Source of the DNA: Nostoc sp. PCC 7120 = FACHB-418
Lineage (GTDB): Bacteria > Cyanobacteriota > Cyanobacteriia > Cyanobacteriales > Nostocaceae
DNA: 32,000 nt
Assembly: GCF_000009705.1 (NCBI RefSeq)
Contig: NC_003272.1
Location: 4,110,001-4,142,000 of the forward strand
Direction: 5' to 3'
Below are positions 7,665 to 16,271 of this stretch, in pieces. How positions within the stretch are numbered: position 1 is the first letter of the stretch; the number at the start of each line of letters is the position of its first letter. The notes under the pieces were generated by a model that was not told the DNA's origin, did not search any database, and saw nothing but the letters and a program-made list of their open reading frames with translations. The translations under genes and the position numbers were made by a program.

Positions 7665-8270
7665 ATGAGAAGAATCAATCGAACTAAACTATTAGATCGT
7701 CAGCATGATCGAAGAGATGCAAAGCTTTTCATAGTTGCTACTGAGGGTAAAGAGACAGAAAAGCAATATTTTGGAATGTTCCATAGTACCCGAATCAAGA
7801 TAGAAGTTCTGGCTACTGGGGATGATGGTAAATCTGCTCCCCAATATGTGCTAGAACGACTGAATACCTTTAAAGATAACTATGATTTAAATGAGGAAGA
7901 TATGCTTTGGCTTGTTCTTGATGTAGACAGATGGGGTGAAAATAATTTAAGTTTAGTGTGTCGTGAAGCCAAGCAAAAAAATTATTATTTAGCTATCAGC
8001 AATCCATGTTTTGAAATTTGGTTATATTTACATTTTGATGATTTAAACTCCCAAGATAGAACTTGTAATGATTTTAAGACAAAGCTACGAAAGATTTTAG
8101 GAAGTTATAACAGTAGCAATCTAGATTTATCTGTATACAAACCTAATATTACAAATGCAACAAATCGTGCAAAATTATTGCACCCCAACTCTCAACAAAA
8201 CTGGCCTCCAGAATTAGGAACACACGTATATAGGCTAGTTGAAATTATTCTCCAGAGCTTGAATAATTGA
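7665..8270 (+). CDS. RloB-like (Toprim-related) protein, predicted nuclease partner of the upstream ATPase
   Basis: 201 aa. It has FIVATEGKETEKQYF (Toprim Glu E27, nt 7743-7745), WLVLDVDRW (DxD, D86/D88, nt 7920-7928), and ISNPCFEIWLYLHF, all hallmarks of the RloB family. It starts 10 nt after the ATPase stop. Confidence 0.85.
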   Translation: MRRINRTKLLDRQHDRRDAKLFIVATEGKETEKQYFGMFHSTRIKIEVLATGDDGKSAPQYVLERLNTFKDNYDLNEEDMLWLVLDVDRWGENNLSLVCREAKQKNYYLAISNPCFEIWLYLHFDDLNSQDRTCNDFKTKLRKILGSYNSSNLDLSVYKPNITNATNRAKLLHPNSQQNWPPELGTHVYRLVEIILQSLNN

Positions 8271-8286
8271 TTTCAGAATAAAACAC

Positions 8287-8308
8287 AAAAAAAATGCCTC
8301 GGAAGCAT
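8287..8308 (-). terminator. Candidate intrinsic terminator of pntB
   Basis: On the minus strand the sequence is ATGCTTCCGAGGCAT followed by T8. The stem is short (4 bp, ATGC/GCAT) but the U-tract is strong. It lies about 45 nt downstream of the pntB stop. Confidence 0.3.
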
Positions 8309-8351
8309 CACACCCCCAAGGCAAGTAAACCTAGAAATTATTCTTAATTCC

Positions 8352-9755
8352 CTAAAGTTGCTTCACTTCAGAAACTAACTTCGCCACCATATCTTTCGCA
8401 CTACCAAAAAGCATTGTGGTTTTATCTTTGTAAAACAACTCATTATCTACACCGGCAAAACCTGCGCTCATCCCGCGCTTAATTACAATAGTGTGCTTCG
8501 CCCTATCTACTTCCAAAATTGGCATCCCATAAATTGGACTAGCGGTATCACTCCGCGCCGCCGGATTGACTACATCATTCGCCCCAATCACTAAAGCTAC
8601 ATCTGCTTGCTCAAATTGGGGGTTAATATCTTCCATGTCATACAACTGGGTATATGGTACATTCGCCTCAGCTAACAACACGTTCATGTGTCCGGGCATT
8701 CTCCCAGCAACGGGGTGAATGGCATACTTAACATCAACACCCATCCGTTCTAATTGATCAGCCAACTCTCTCACACTATGTTGTGCTTGAGCTACAGCCA
8801 TCCCATAACCAGGAACAATCACCACAGAACGAGCATAACCCAACATCATTGCGCCTTCTTCAGGATCGATGCTGTGGACTGTTTGATCTGTTGTACCAGT
8901 AGCCGCACCAGCGCCACCTGCACTCACAGAACCAAAAGCGCTAAACAGGACGCTGAAGAGGGAACGGTTCATGGCTTTACACATGATTTCCGTCAAGATT
9001 AAACCGGAAGCCCCCACCAATGCGCCGGCGATGATTAACATATTGTTCATCACCACGAAACCAGCAGCAGCAGCCGCTATCCCTGACAAAGAGTTCAACA
9101 GGGAAATTACCACCGGCATATCTCCCCCACCAATGGGGATGACGAACATCACGCCCAAAACTAGGGAAACGGCAACGACTGCCAAGAATACAGGTAAGCT
9201 ATCTGGTGTAACGATTAAATAAGCGCTCCCAGCTAGATAACCACCCAAAAGTAAGAGGTTAAATGGTTGTTGTAAAGGAAAGGTAATTGGTGAACCGCTA
9301 ATTAATCCTTGCAATTTGGCGAAGGCGAGGAAACTACCTGTGAAGGTGACACCACCAATCAACACATCCAACAACATGGAGATGTTCACATCTAAGGGTA
9401 CAGGTGCGCCTGCATCCAATAACCGCCAGAACTCAGCCACAGCAACTAACGCCGAAGCCGCACCACCCAAACCGTTAAGTAAACCTACCATTTGGGGCAT
9501 TTCTGTCATCTGGACTTTGTAGGCAGCGATCGCACCAATACCTGAACCAATCGCTAAACCTAACAAAATCATTTCATAATTGAGGACGTGCTGATCTAAC
9601 ATTGTGGCGACAATTGCCAACAACATCCCCACAGCGCCAATCACATTCCCGTTACGCGCTGTAGCTGGGGAACCTAATTTTTTCAAACCCAGAATAAATA
9701 AGGATGCAGCGACTAAGTACGTCAGCTGTATTCCAGTTGGTAAAAAGTCGCTCAC
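8352..9755 (-). CDS. pntB: NAD(P) transhydrogenase subunit beta
   Basis: 467 aa, with an N-terminal multi-TM domain and a C-terminal NADP(H)-binding domain III (VIVPGYGMAVAQAQ, GANDVVNP). It has a GTG start in a GTGA overlap with the upstream gene's stop (9752-9755). Confidence 0.95.
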   Translation of the reverse strand: MSDFLPTGIQLTYLVAASLFILGLKKLGSPATARNGNVIGAVGMLLAIVATMLDQHVLNYEMILLGLAIGSGIGAIAAYKVQMTEMPQMVGLLNGLGGAASALVAVAEFWRLLDAGAPVPLDVNISMLLDVLIGGVTFTGSFLAFAKLQGLISGSPITFPLQQPFNLLLLGGYLAGSAYLIVTPDSLPVFLAVVAVSLVLGVMFVIPIGGGDMPVVISLLNSLSGIAAAAAGFVVMNNMLIIAGALVGASGLILTEIMCKAMNRSLFSVLFSAFGSVSAGGAGAATGTTDQTVHSIDPEEGAMMLGYARSVVIVPGYGMAVAQAQHSVRELADQLERMGVDVKYAIHPVAGRMPGHMNVLLAEANVPYTQLYDMEDINPQFEQADVALVIGANDVVNPAARSDTASPIYGMPILEVDRAKHTIVIKRGMSAGFAGVDNELFYKDKTTMLFGSAKDMVAKLVSEVKQL

Positions 9756-10045
9756 GCTTTAACTTCCTTCTTCTTGAACATTTGCAACATTCTGTCGGTA
9801 ACGAGAAACCCAGCAACAACGTTGACTGTTGCCAGAGTCACAGCAATCAAACCTAGAATTACGGATAAATTAGTGTTTCTTTCACCCGATGCTAATATTG
9901 CGCCAATCACAGCAATACCAGAAATGGCATTTGAGCCTGACATTAATGGTGTATGGAGAGTGGGCGGTATTTTGTTAATGACTTCAAAGCCAATGAATGA
10001 TGCCAACACAAATACAAACAAAGCTGCAAGTAATGCCTCTGTCAT
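9752..10045 (-). CDS. pntAB: NAD(P) transhydrogenase subunit alpha, part 2 (membrane segment)
   Basis: 97-aa protein with three TM helices. It lies between pntAA and pntB and is translationally coupled to pntB. Confidence 0.9.
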   Translation of the reverse strand: MTEALLAALFVFVLASFIGFEVINKIPPTLHTPLMSGSNAISGIAVIGAILASGERNTNLSVILGLIAVTLATVNVVAGFLVTDRMLQMFKKKEVKA

Positions 10046-10084
10046 TTAAAACTCCTTAATTATTGAGAGGCTAGAGACTAGTCT

Positions 10085-11254
10085 CTAGTCCCTAACTAGT
10101 TGAGTAGTCGAAGCTTGTAACGCATCCTTGACGCGTTGATTGCGAATTTCTCCAGCGTGGGTAATGCAAGCAGCATCAATGATGTCGTCTGTAAAATCTA
10201 CTTGTAAGGCTTTATCTTTAATTAGCAATTGCAGCAAAGATGTGAGGTTCTTGGAATACAATTGGCTGGCGTGGACTGGCATTGATGAAGGGAGATTGAT
10301 GGGGCCGATAATTGTCACCCCGTTCCAGACAATATCTTTACCAGGATCAGTACAAGCACAGTTACCACCTTGTTCAGCCGCTAAATCGACAATCACTGAA
10401 CCGGGTTTCATTTGTGCAACCATTTCTGCTGTGACTAGCACTGGCGCTTTTCTACCTGGTACTTGAGCAGTTGTAATGACTACATCAGAATTTTTAACGT
10501 GTTCCGCGACGACTTCTTGAGTGCGCTGTTTACTAGCTTCAGAAATTTCCTTCGCATAACCACCGGCGGCGGTTGTTTCTTCTTCGAGTTTGACTTCGAC
10601 GAATTTTGCCCCTAAACTCTGCACTTCTTCTTTGACAGCCGGACGAATATCAAAGGCCTCTACAACTGCGCCCAAACGTCTAGCTGTGGCGATCGCTTGC
10701 AATCCTGCTACACCAGCACCCATAATAAATACTTTAGCTGGGGCAATTGTTCCTGCGGCTGTTGTCAGCATGGGGAAATATTTTGGTAACGCCGCCGCCG
10801 CAATTAATACCGCTTTATAACCCGCCAGTGACGCTTGTGAAGATAAAGCATCCATCGATTGCGCCCTGGTAGTTCTGGGGATCAATTCCATACTCAAGGC
10901 TGTGACTTTACGATTCACCAGTTGTTGCGCCACTACCGGATTACCCAAGGGATTCAGGAAGCTAATTAAGACAGCACCTTCCCGTAATAAATCAATCTCT
11001 AAGCGTCCATCTTCCCGTTCTTGCGGTGGGCTAACTTTCAACAAAACATCTGTTTCGCCCCATAATTTACCGGAATCGCCAACAATTGTCGCGCCTGCTG
11101 CTACATAGGCAGCATCATCAAAAAATGATCGCTCTCCTGCACCGGCTTCTACCCAAACCTCTAAACCTTGTTTTACCAATCGGGCAACAGTGTCAGGATT
11201 TAAGGCTACACGTCGTTCACAAACTTCAATTTCTTTAGCAACTGCTATTCTCAT
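10085..11254 (-). CDS. pntAA: NAD(P) transhydrogenase subunit alpha, part 1 (alanine dehydrogenase-like domain I)
   Basis: Re-started at MRIAVAKE (ATG 11254-11252), which has an AGGAGA RBS 4 nt upstream. The ORF-track start at 11320 adds 22 non-conserved residues. It has a Rossmann motif, IMGAGVAGLQA. Confidence 0.9.
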   Translation of the reverse strand: MRIAVAKEIEVCERRVALNPDTVARLVKQGLEVWVEAGAGERSFFDDAAYVAAGATIVGDSGKLWGETDVLLKVSPPQEREDGRLEIDLLREGAVLISFLNPLGNPVVAQQLVNRKVTALSMELIPRTTRAQSMDALSSQASLAGYKAVLIAAAALPKYFPMLTTAAGTIAPAKVFIMGAGVAGLQAIATARRLGAVVEAFDIRPAVKEEVQSLGAKFVEVKLEEETTAAGGYAKEISEASKQRTQEVVAEHVKNSDVVITTAQVPGRKAPVLVTAEMVAQMKPGSVIVDLAAEQGGNCACTDPGKDIVWNGVTIIGPINLPSSMPVHASQLYSKNLTSLLQLLIKDKALQVDFTDDIIDAACITHAGEIRNQRVKDALQASTTQLVRD

Positions 11255-11901
11255 GAAATCTCCTGAAGATAAATACCTAATCTCTGCAAAATCTGCAACT
11301 TTGCTTATGAGGAATGTCATTCACTCATGGCTCTTACGCCGAGCTATGAAAAATTGATTTTCCTTTTTGATTGAAACTTGAGCGTTCCCCTTAACTCTGG
11401 TGATGCAACAGACAAAGCTTTTCTGAGCATCTGGCAAATTTCCAATTTGCTGATAGTTGCCAATCGCTTACATATTGCAAATTCTATTTTGATACCCCAA
11501 GTTTTATCCTTCTCTTTAGCTTATTTTCGGGATTGCAAAATCTTTATGTTTCTTTTCTATTACATACCGTAATATTCAGCAAACTTATATTTTTTTTAGC
11601 TTGATTATTTTCTAACAAATGTTTAGTTATTTTTTTGAATGGTTATTGATATGATGCAAGCTGATTTTTACCAATCTATCTCAACTTAACAGGCGATCGC
11701 TCATTAGATAGCTCAATTTTTATAACAAACAACCTAAATTAAGATACACTTGTACATATTTAGAAACAAAATCACTTACTAAGTGTGTTTCTATTTACTT
11801 CCAGTACTAGTGTTATTACTAACAGTTGTGATTTCAGCAAAAATGGCACTTTTTGCCTCCACCGAACGTCTAAAGTGTATCACATGAAGCAAAAATAACA
11901 G

Positions 11902-11919
11902 AGGACTTACGTAAGACCT
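11902..11919. repeat. 18-bp near-palindrome AGGACTTACGTAAGACCT
   Basis: One mismatch from a perfect palindrome. The half-site GGACTTA(CG) is the same as the terminal repeat of the element at 53-182, so this may be a collapsed or solo-TIR footprint. Confidence 0.3.
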
Positions 11920-11986
11920 TGATTGAGTGCTTTTATACGTAAATCTCGTGATATCTATAAAATTACCTTGGTGGAGGAGACTAACT

Positions 11987-12499
11987 ATGAGACGTTTACT
12001 TTCAGGTTTAGCCGTTACTAGTTGTGTAATAGCCGGCTTACCAACTATTACCTCGGCACAAAGTCTACCTGGATTTACATTATTTAGTGGTGTTAAAAGC
12101 GAAAATCAGCTACCCTTTCGCTTAGATTTTGGTGGGCAGAGCAATAGCTGGGATAGATATATATTAAGGATTCCTGCCCAGAAAATGAAATTGGCAGCTG
12201 CTCAATTTGCCATTACCTATCCGGATCACTATAAAGGAAGTTTTGACACCAAAGATATTGAAATCAGAGTGGGAGACAAAAAAGTTCCTGTATCCGAAGT
12301 GAAATGGGATAGAGAAGGTCGCCTGTTGGAGATTTTCCCCGAAGAGCCAGTACCAGCAGGTAGCAGAGTAGAGTTAGTTCTTTCCAATGTACGTAACCCA
12401 GCATTTGGTGGAACTTTTTACTTCAACTGTCAAATTCTCTCACCTGGAGATGTCCCCTTACTACGATACTTGGGAACCTGGATTTTAAGCATCAATTAA
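11987..12499 (+). CDS. DUF2808-family secreted protein (cyanobacterial)
   Basis: Start moved to MRRLLSGLAV (ATG 11987), which has a GGAGGAGA RBS at 11973-11980. It has a signal peptide ending TSAQS. The body (LPFRLDFGG...YILRIPAQ...VELVLSNVRNP) matches my memory of the DUF2808 family. Confidence 0.7.
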   Translation: MRRLLSGLAVTSCVIAGLPTITSAQSLPGFTLFSGVKSENQLPFRLDFGGQSNSWDRYILRIPAQKMKLAAAQFAITYPDHYKGSFDTKDIEIRVGDKKVPVSEVKWDREGRLLEIFPEEPVPAGSRVELVLSNVRNPAFGGTFYFNCQILSPGDVPLLRYLGTWILSIN

Positions 12500-12645
12500 T
12501 TGAGAGGTATAGAGGCAGTTAAGGGAGAAATGCTTACTCAGCAACCACTGCTCCCTAATTACGTCTTTATAGACTATTAGCTATCCACAGTGATAAGATA
12601 ATAGATTGTGATTTTTTATAAAAAATCGTCTAAGAGGACAAAAGT

Positions 12646-12780
12646 ATGCAGAGAACGCTCGGTGGGACAAACCGTAAGAGAAAAAGAACTTCTGGGTTCC
12701 GTGCCAGAATGCGGACTCCAGATGGCAGAAACGTCATCAGAGCCAGAAGAAAGAGAGGTCGTCATCGTTTGAGCGTGTAG
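12646..12780 (+). CDS. rpmH: 50S ribosomal protein L34
   Basis: 44-aa ORF, too short for the 60-aa ORF track: [44 protein letters not shown]. It has an AAGAGGA RBS upstream. Confidence 0.95.
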   Translation: MQRTLGGTNRKRKRTSGFRARMRTPDGRNVIRARRKRGRHRLSV

Positions 12781-12805
12781 GGTATTTTAGGCGCAAAGAA
12801 TAGCT

Positions 12806-13228
12806 GTGGCATTGCCCAAAGCAAATCGATTAAAATCCCGGCATGATTTTCAGGCAGTTTTCCGAGAAGGGCTGAGACGAAACAGCTCACATTTCACATT
12901 GCGAGCATTAAAACCGTCATCTGCCAGAAAGTCTTCTTTGGATACTGCCGCTCAAACCCAACCAGTAGATGAAGTACAAAATATACCTAGTACGCTCATT
13001 GGTGTCTCGATTAGTACCAAAGTTAGTAAGAGGGCGGTGGTGCGTAACCGCATAAAACGGCAAATTACGGCTGCTATGCAGCAATTATTGCCGAGATTAG
13101 CACCAGGGTGGAAATTAGTAGTAATTGTGAAGCCAACAGCCGCAGAAAGTAAGTGCGGAAGCCAGCAATTTCTGCAAGAATTAGAGCAGTTGTTGGCACA
13201 AACTGAGGTATTACATGGGCATTCGTGA
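12806..13228 (+). CDS. rnpA: Ribonuclease P protein component
   Basis: 140 aa with a GTG start. LPKANRLKSRHDFQAVF and the RNR motif (RAVVRNRIKRQI) are present. It lies directly downstream of rpmH, which is the conserved arrangement. Confidence 0.9.
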   Translation: MALPKANRLKSRHDFQAVFREGLRRNSSHFTLRALKPSSARKSSLDTAAQTQPVDEVQNIPSTLIGVSISTKVSKRAVVRNRIKRQITAAMQQLLPRLAPGWKLVVIVKPTAAESKCGSQQFLQELEQLLAQTEVLHGHS

Positions 13229-13598
13229 AGAAGTTTATTATGAAGGCGGCCCCCACATTGGGGATCTAATTTTGAATATACTAGTTGGGCTAACTGTTGT
13301 AGGTATTCCCTTAGCAGTTGGAGCAATTGTCAGAGCATTATGGTTACGCTACCGCATCACCGATCGCAGAATATCTGTAATGGGTGGTTGGATGGGACGC
13401 GATCGCTCAGACGTAATTTATTCAGAAATTACTAAGATCGTCAAAGTTCCCCGTGGTCTTGGTATTTGGGGAGATATGGTAGTTACTTTAAGAAATGGTA
13501 GTCGTTTAGAATTGCGGGCTGTTCCCAATTTCCGCGAAGTTTATGACTACATCAATGACAAAATTGCTGCCAAAAATCCTCAATATACTGCGAAGTAG
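13215..13598 (+). CDS. Membrane-anchored PH-domain (bPH_2/YdbS-like) protein
   Basis: 127 aa with two N-terminal TM helices followed by a RYRITDRRISV...-type bacterial PH domain. It overlaps the rnpA 3' end by 14 nt. Confidence 0.7.
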   Translation: MGIREEVYYEGGPHIGDLILNILVGLTVVGIPLAVGAIVRALWLRYRITDRRISVMGGWMGRDRSDVIYSEITKIVKVPRGLGIWGDMVVTLRNGSRLELRAVPNFREVYDYINDKIAAKNPQYTAK

Positions 13599-13627
13599 GG
13601 AAATAGGGATTAGGGAATAGGGAATAG
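13596..13627. repeat. Heptamer repeat tract (TAGGGAA/TAGGGAT units)
   Basis: The sequence is TAGGGAAATAGGGATTAGGGAATAGGGAATAG, starting at the stop codon of the PH-domain gene. Confidence 0.7.
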
Positions 13628-13812
13628 AAGATTCGCTTATATAAAATAAAAAATTCAGATAATTCCCAATTACCAACCACTAGTTACCGTTCATTACTCC
13701 CTATTTATCATCTTGTGCGGCTATCCGTAGCATAATATAGTCGCACAGTCATCCCGATTTAGATAAATTAGATTCAGTTCAGTTTACAGTACCTCAGGTT
13801 GAATTCAGAATA

Positions 13813-14955
13813 ATGGATTTTGGTATCGGGTTTCTCTCGAACAACGTCATGTTGCCGATCATAGACTTTTTCTATAGCGTTGTGCCGAGCTATGGATTGG
13901 CGATCGTTGCCTTAACATTGATAATCCGCTTCGCGCTCTATCCCCTGAGTGCTGGTCAAATTCGCAATATGCGGAAAATGCGAATTGTGCAACCCCTCAT
14001 GCAAAAGCGGATGGCAGAAATCAAAGAGCGCTATAAGGACGATCCGCAGAAGCAGCAAGAAGAAATGATGAACGTCCAGAAGGAGTTTGGCAACCCCTTA
14101 GCTGGATGTTTGCCGTTACTGCTGCAAATGCCAGTCCTGTTGGCTCTGTTTGCCACCTTGCGGGGTTCACCATTTGCTGGAGTTAATTACTCTGTGAACC
14201 TGCAAATCTTCCCCTCTGAGCAAATCGAACGCATCCAACCCCAAGCGTTCGCCACTCCCCCGCAAAATATTTACATTGCCGATGGGGAGCATACTAAAGT
14301 TACAGCCATCCTCCCTGGCGGTAATAAGTTAGCGGTAGGCGAAAAAACTAAAATTCAATATCAGACCCTTGAGGGTAAACCATTCCCAGTTCTATTAGCC
14401 GAACACCCAGAGAGTAAACTGTCGCCTGAATGGAAAATTACCAAGGGTGAAGATCGAATTAAAATCGATGCCGAGGGCAATATAGAAGCCCTACAGCCAG
14501 GAGATGTCACCATTCAAGGTACAATTCCCGGATTAGCTGCCGATAAAGGATTTTTATTCATTGATGCTTTAGGTAGAGTAGGCGCAATCGATCCCGATAA
14601 CACCATCCACTGGGATATCGTGGGAATGATCGTCTTCTTTGGTATCAGCCTTTACGTTAGCCAAATGCTTTCTGGGCAAAATTCTAGTGGTGGTAATCCC
14701 CAACAGGATACGGTCAACAAAATTACTCCTGTGATATTTTCCGGGATGTTTTTGTTCTTCCCTCTGCCGGCTGGTGTACTCATGTACATGGTGATTGGTA
14801 ACGTTTTCCAAACCCTACAAACCTATATCCTCTCCCGCGAACCTTTACCAGAGGAAATACAAAAAATTGTAGAAACTCAGGAAAAACAAGCGGTGGCGGA
14901 ACAAAAGACATTACCTTTTGAGCCAAAAAGTTCTAAGAAAAAGACCACAGGTTGA
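13813..14955 (+). CDS. yidC: Membrane protein insertase YidC/Oxa1/Alb3 family
   Basis: 380 aa. It has [39 protein letters not shown], and a C-terminal basic tail. It sits in the rnpA-yidC-jag context. Confidence 0.9.
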
Positions 14956-14958
14956 TAA

Positions 14959-15477
14959 ATGAGCAACAATCCCATGCAGCGAGGTCAGCAGTGGTTACAA
15001 TCACTGCTGGAACTCACTGGGGTATCAGCTGAGATTCACGGTAGTTTAGAAACTGCTCAATCTCACAATGAAGATTCCCAAGAAATAGATGGCTACTGGT
15101 TGACGATTGACGAAACCAATTTAAACCCACAGCAAATTCAAACTTTAATTGGTGCTGATGGCTCTGTATTAGACGCGATTCAGTATTTAGTTAATTCCAC
15201 TCTCAATATCAATCAACCCCAGGAAGGACAAGCTTCCTACACCGTAGAATTGAACGGTTATAGGGTTAAACGACAAGCCGAAATTCAAAAAATAGCAGAA
15301 ACAGCAGCCGAGCAGGTACGTTCTACAGGCCAAGAAATAGAGATAAAATCTCTTAGTTCTGCGGAACGGCGTTTAGTACACACTTTCTTAAAAGACTTTG
15401 GCGATTTAGAAACCTTTAGCCGTGGTAAAGAACCCCATCGTCATTTAGTTGTGCGTCCGGCTGTGAATGAATTATGA
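14959..15477 (+). CDS. jag: Jag/KhpB-like R3H-domain RNA-binding protein
   Basis: 172 aa. The start is 4 nt after the yidC stop. It has a C-terminal R3H region (ERRLVHTFLKDFGDLETFSRGKEPHRHLVV). Confidence 0.85.
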   Translation: MSNNPMQRGQQWLQSLLELTGVSAEIHGSLETAQSHNEDSQEIDGYWLTIDETNLNPQQIQTLIGADGSVLDAIQYLVNSTLNINQPQEGQASYTVELNGYRVKRQAEIQKIAETAAEQVRSTGQEIEIKSLSSAERRLVHTFLKDFGDLETFSRGKEPHRHLVVRPAVNEL

Positions 15478-15508
15478 GAGGCTAGAAGTTAGAGGCTAGA
15501 GGTTAGAA
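15478..15508. repeat. Heptamer repeat tract (GAGGCTA/GAGGTTA units)
   Basis: The sequence is GAGGCTAGAAGTTAGAGGCTAGAGGTTAGAA, immediately after the jag stop. Confidence 0.7.
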
Positions 15509-15638
15509 AATATATTTTACCCAGTTGCCCATCTATAGTCTGCATATTTATTCTTCCTAAAAGCTAAACTAAAAATGGATTATCAGCAAAATTGCTGATG
15601 ATTGACATAAATTCTTGTAATGATGTTTCCCAGATCCT

Positions 15639-16148
15639 ATGGACGCAATCTTTATTCCGCAGCTAACTAAAGCCCCGGAGCGGACAGAGGAAGTTCAAGT
15701 TAAGGAGTTTCTGCCTGGGCTAGAGACTTTGACACCTGTACGTGGCCTTGTCCGCATACAGCATCAGGGTAATTACCTGCAAGTGTCAGCACAGGCGGAA
15801 GCAATTATTACTTGTACCTGCAATCGCTGCTTACAGCAGTACAATCAGCGTTTAGCTGTAAATACTCAAGAAGTTATTTGGTTGGATGAGGCTGTCGAGC
15901 AAGAGCAAAACCTGCCTTTAGAACGGGAAGTAGCTATGGAAGATTTGCTAGAAACCGTATCGCCTAATGGTTATTTTTATCCCAGTGAATGGTTGTATGA
16001 ACAAATGTGTTTAGCGTTGCCGCAACGTCAATTATGTGACATTAATTGTCCGGGCATTCTAACTGATAATAGTGGTGAAAGTTCAGAGCAAGGGATTGAT
16101 AATCGTTGGTCTGGGTTGAAGGCACTGAAAAAACAGTTACCAGGATAG
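15639..16148 (+). CDS. YceD/DUF177-family protein
   Basis: 169 aa. It has the CxRC...C..NCPG cysteine pattern (TCNRCLQQY ... CDINCPG) and the overall layout of the DUF177 family. Confidence 0.75.
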   Translation: MDAIFIPQLTKAPERTEEVQVKEFLPGLETLTPVRGLVRIQHQGNYLQVSAQAEAIITCTCNRCLQQYNQRLAVNTQEVIWLDEAVEQEQNLPLEREVAMEDLLETVSPNGYFYPSEWLYEQMCLALPQRQLCDINCPGILTDNSGESSEQGIDNRWSGLKALKKQLPG

Positions 16149-16175
16149 TAATATTTTGCCCATGTAATTTTAAGT

Positions 16176-16233
16176 GTTGGTAGTAAGAAGTTTAGTACTT
16201 AGGAAAATTACAACTAAAGTTTTTACTACTAAC
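16176..16233. terminator. Bidirectional terminator-like hairpin between convergent genes
   Basis: GTTGGTAGTAAGAAGTTTAGT (16176-16196) pairs with ACTAAAGTTTTTACTACTAAC (16213-16233) at 18 of 21 complementary positions, with a 16-nt loop. Confidence 0.4.
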
Positions 16234-16271
16234 CTTCTTAAATATGCAAAATAAATTATTCTTTGTGATAT

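Noticed and set aside
5414-9532. Absence of HIP1 octamers as strong proof of foreign origin of the islet
   Set aside because: The HIP1-free gap extends about 1.2 kb into the core gene pntB. Another gap of about 2.9 kb (13407-16290) covers purely core genes. HIP1 absence is therefore only weak supporting evidence, and base composition is the better signal.
8754-11108. Plus-strand ORFs (68-108 aa) antisense to pntB, pntAB and pntAA
   Set aside because: They are shadow ORFs of GC-richer membrane and Rossmann coding sequence. Their Ala/Pro/Thr-rich translations are characteristic of antisense reading.
11255-11320. N-terminal extensions proposed by the ORF track for pntAA (and likewise 11927-11986 for DUF2808 and 17991-18038 for the MBL hydrolase)
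   Set aside because: For pntAA and DUF2808 the internal ATG codons are preceded by good Shine-Dalgarno sequences and coincide with the conserved protein N-termini. For the MBL hydrolase the internal ATG is only a preference over an upstream TTG. In all three the extensions are non-conserved and hydrophobic or AT-rich. They were trimmed with moderate confidence.
11378-11572. 64-aa ORF in the pntAA upstream spacer
   Set aside because: The sequence is AT-rich and low complexity, with no RBS. It sits in a probable promoter/5' UTR region and has no recognisable family.
12500-12645. Replication origin next to rpmH-rnpA
   Set aside because: There is only one DnaA-box-like 9-mer (8 of 9 match), no box cluster, and no dnaA or dnaN nearby. 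As far as I recall, cyanobacterial origins, where defined, are not at rpmH.
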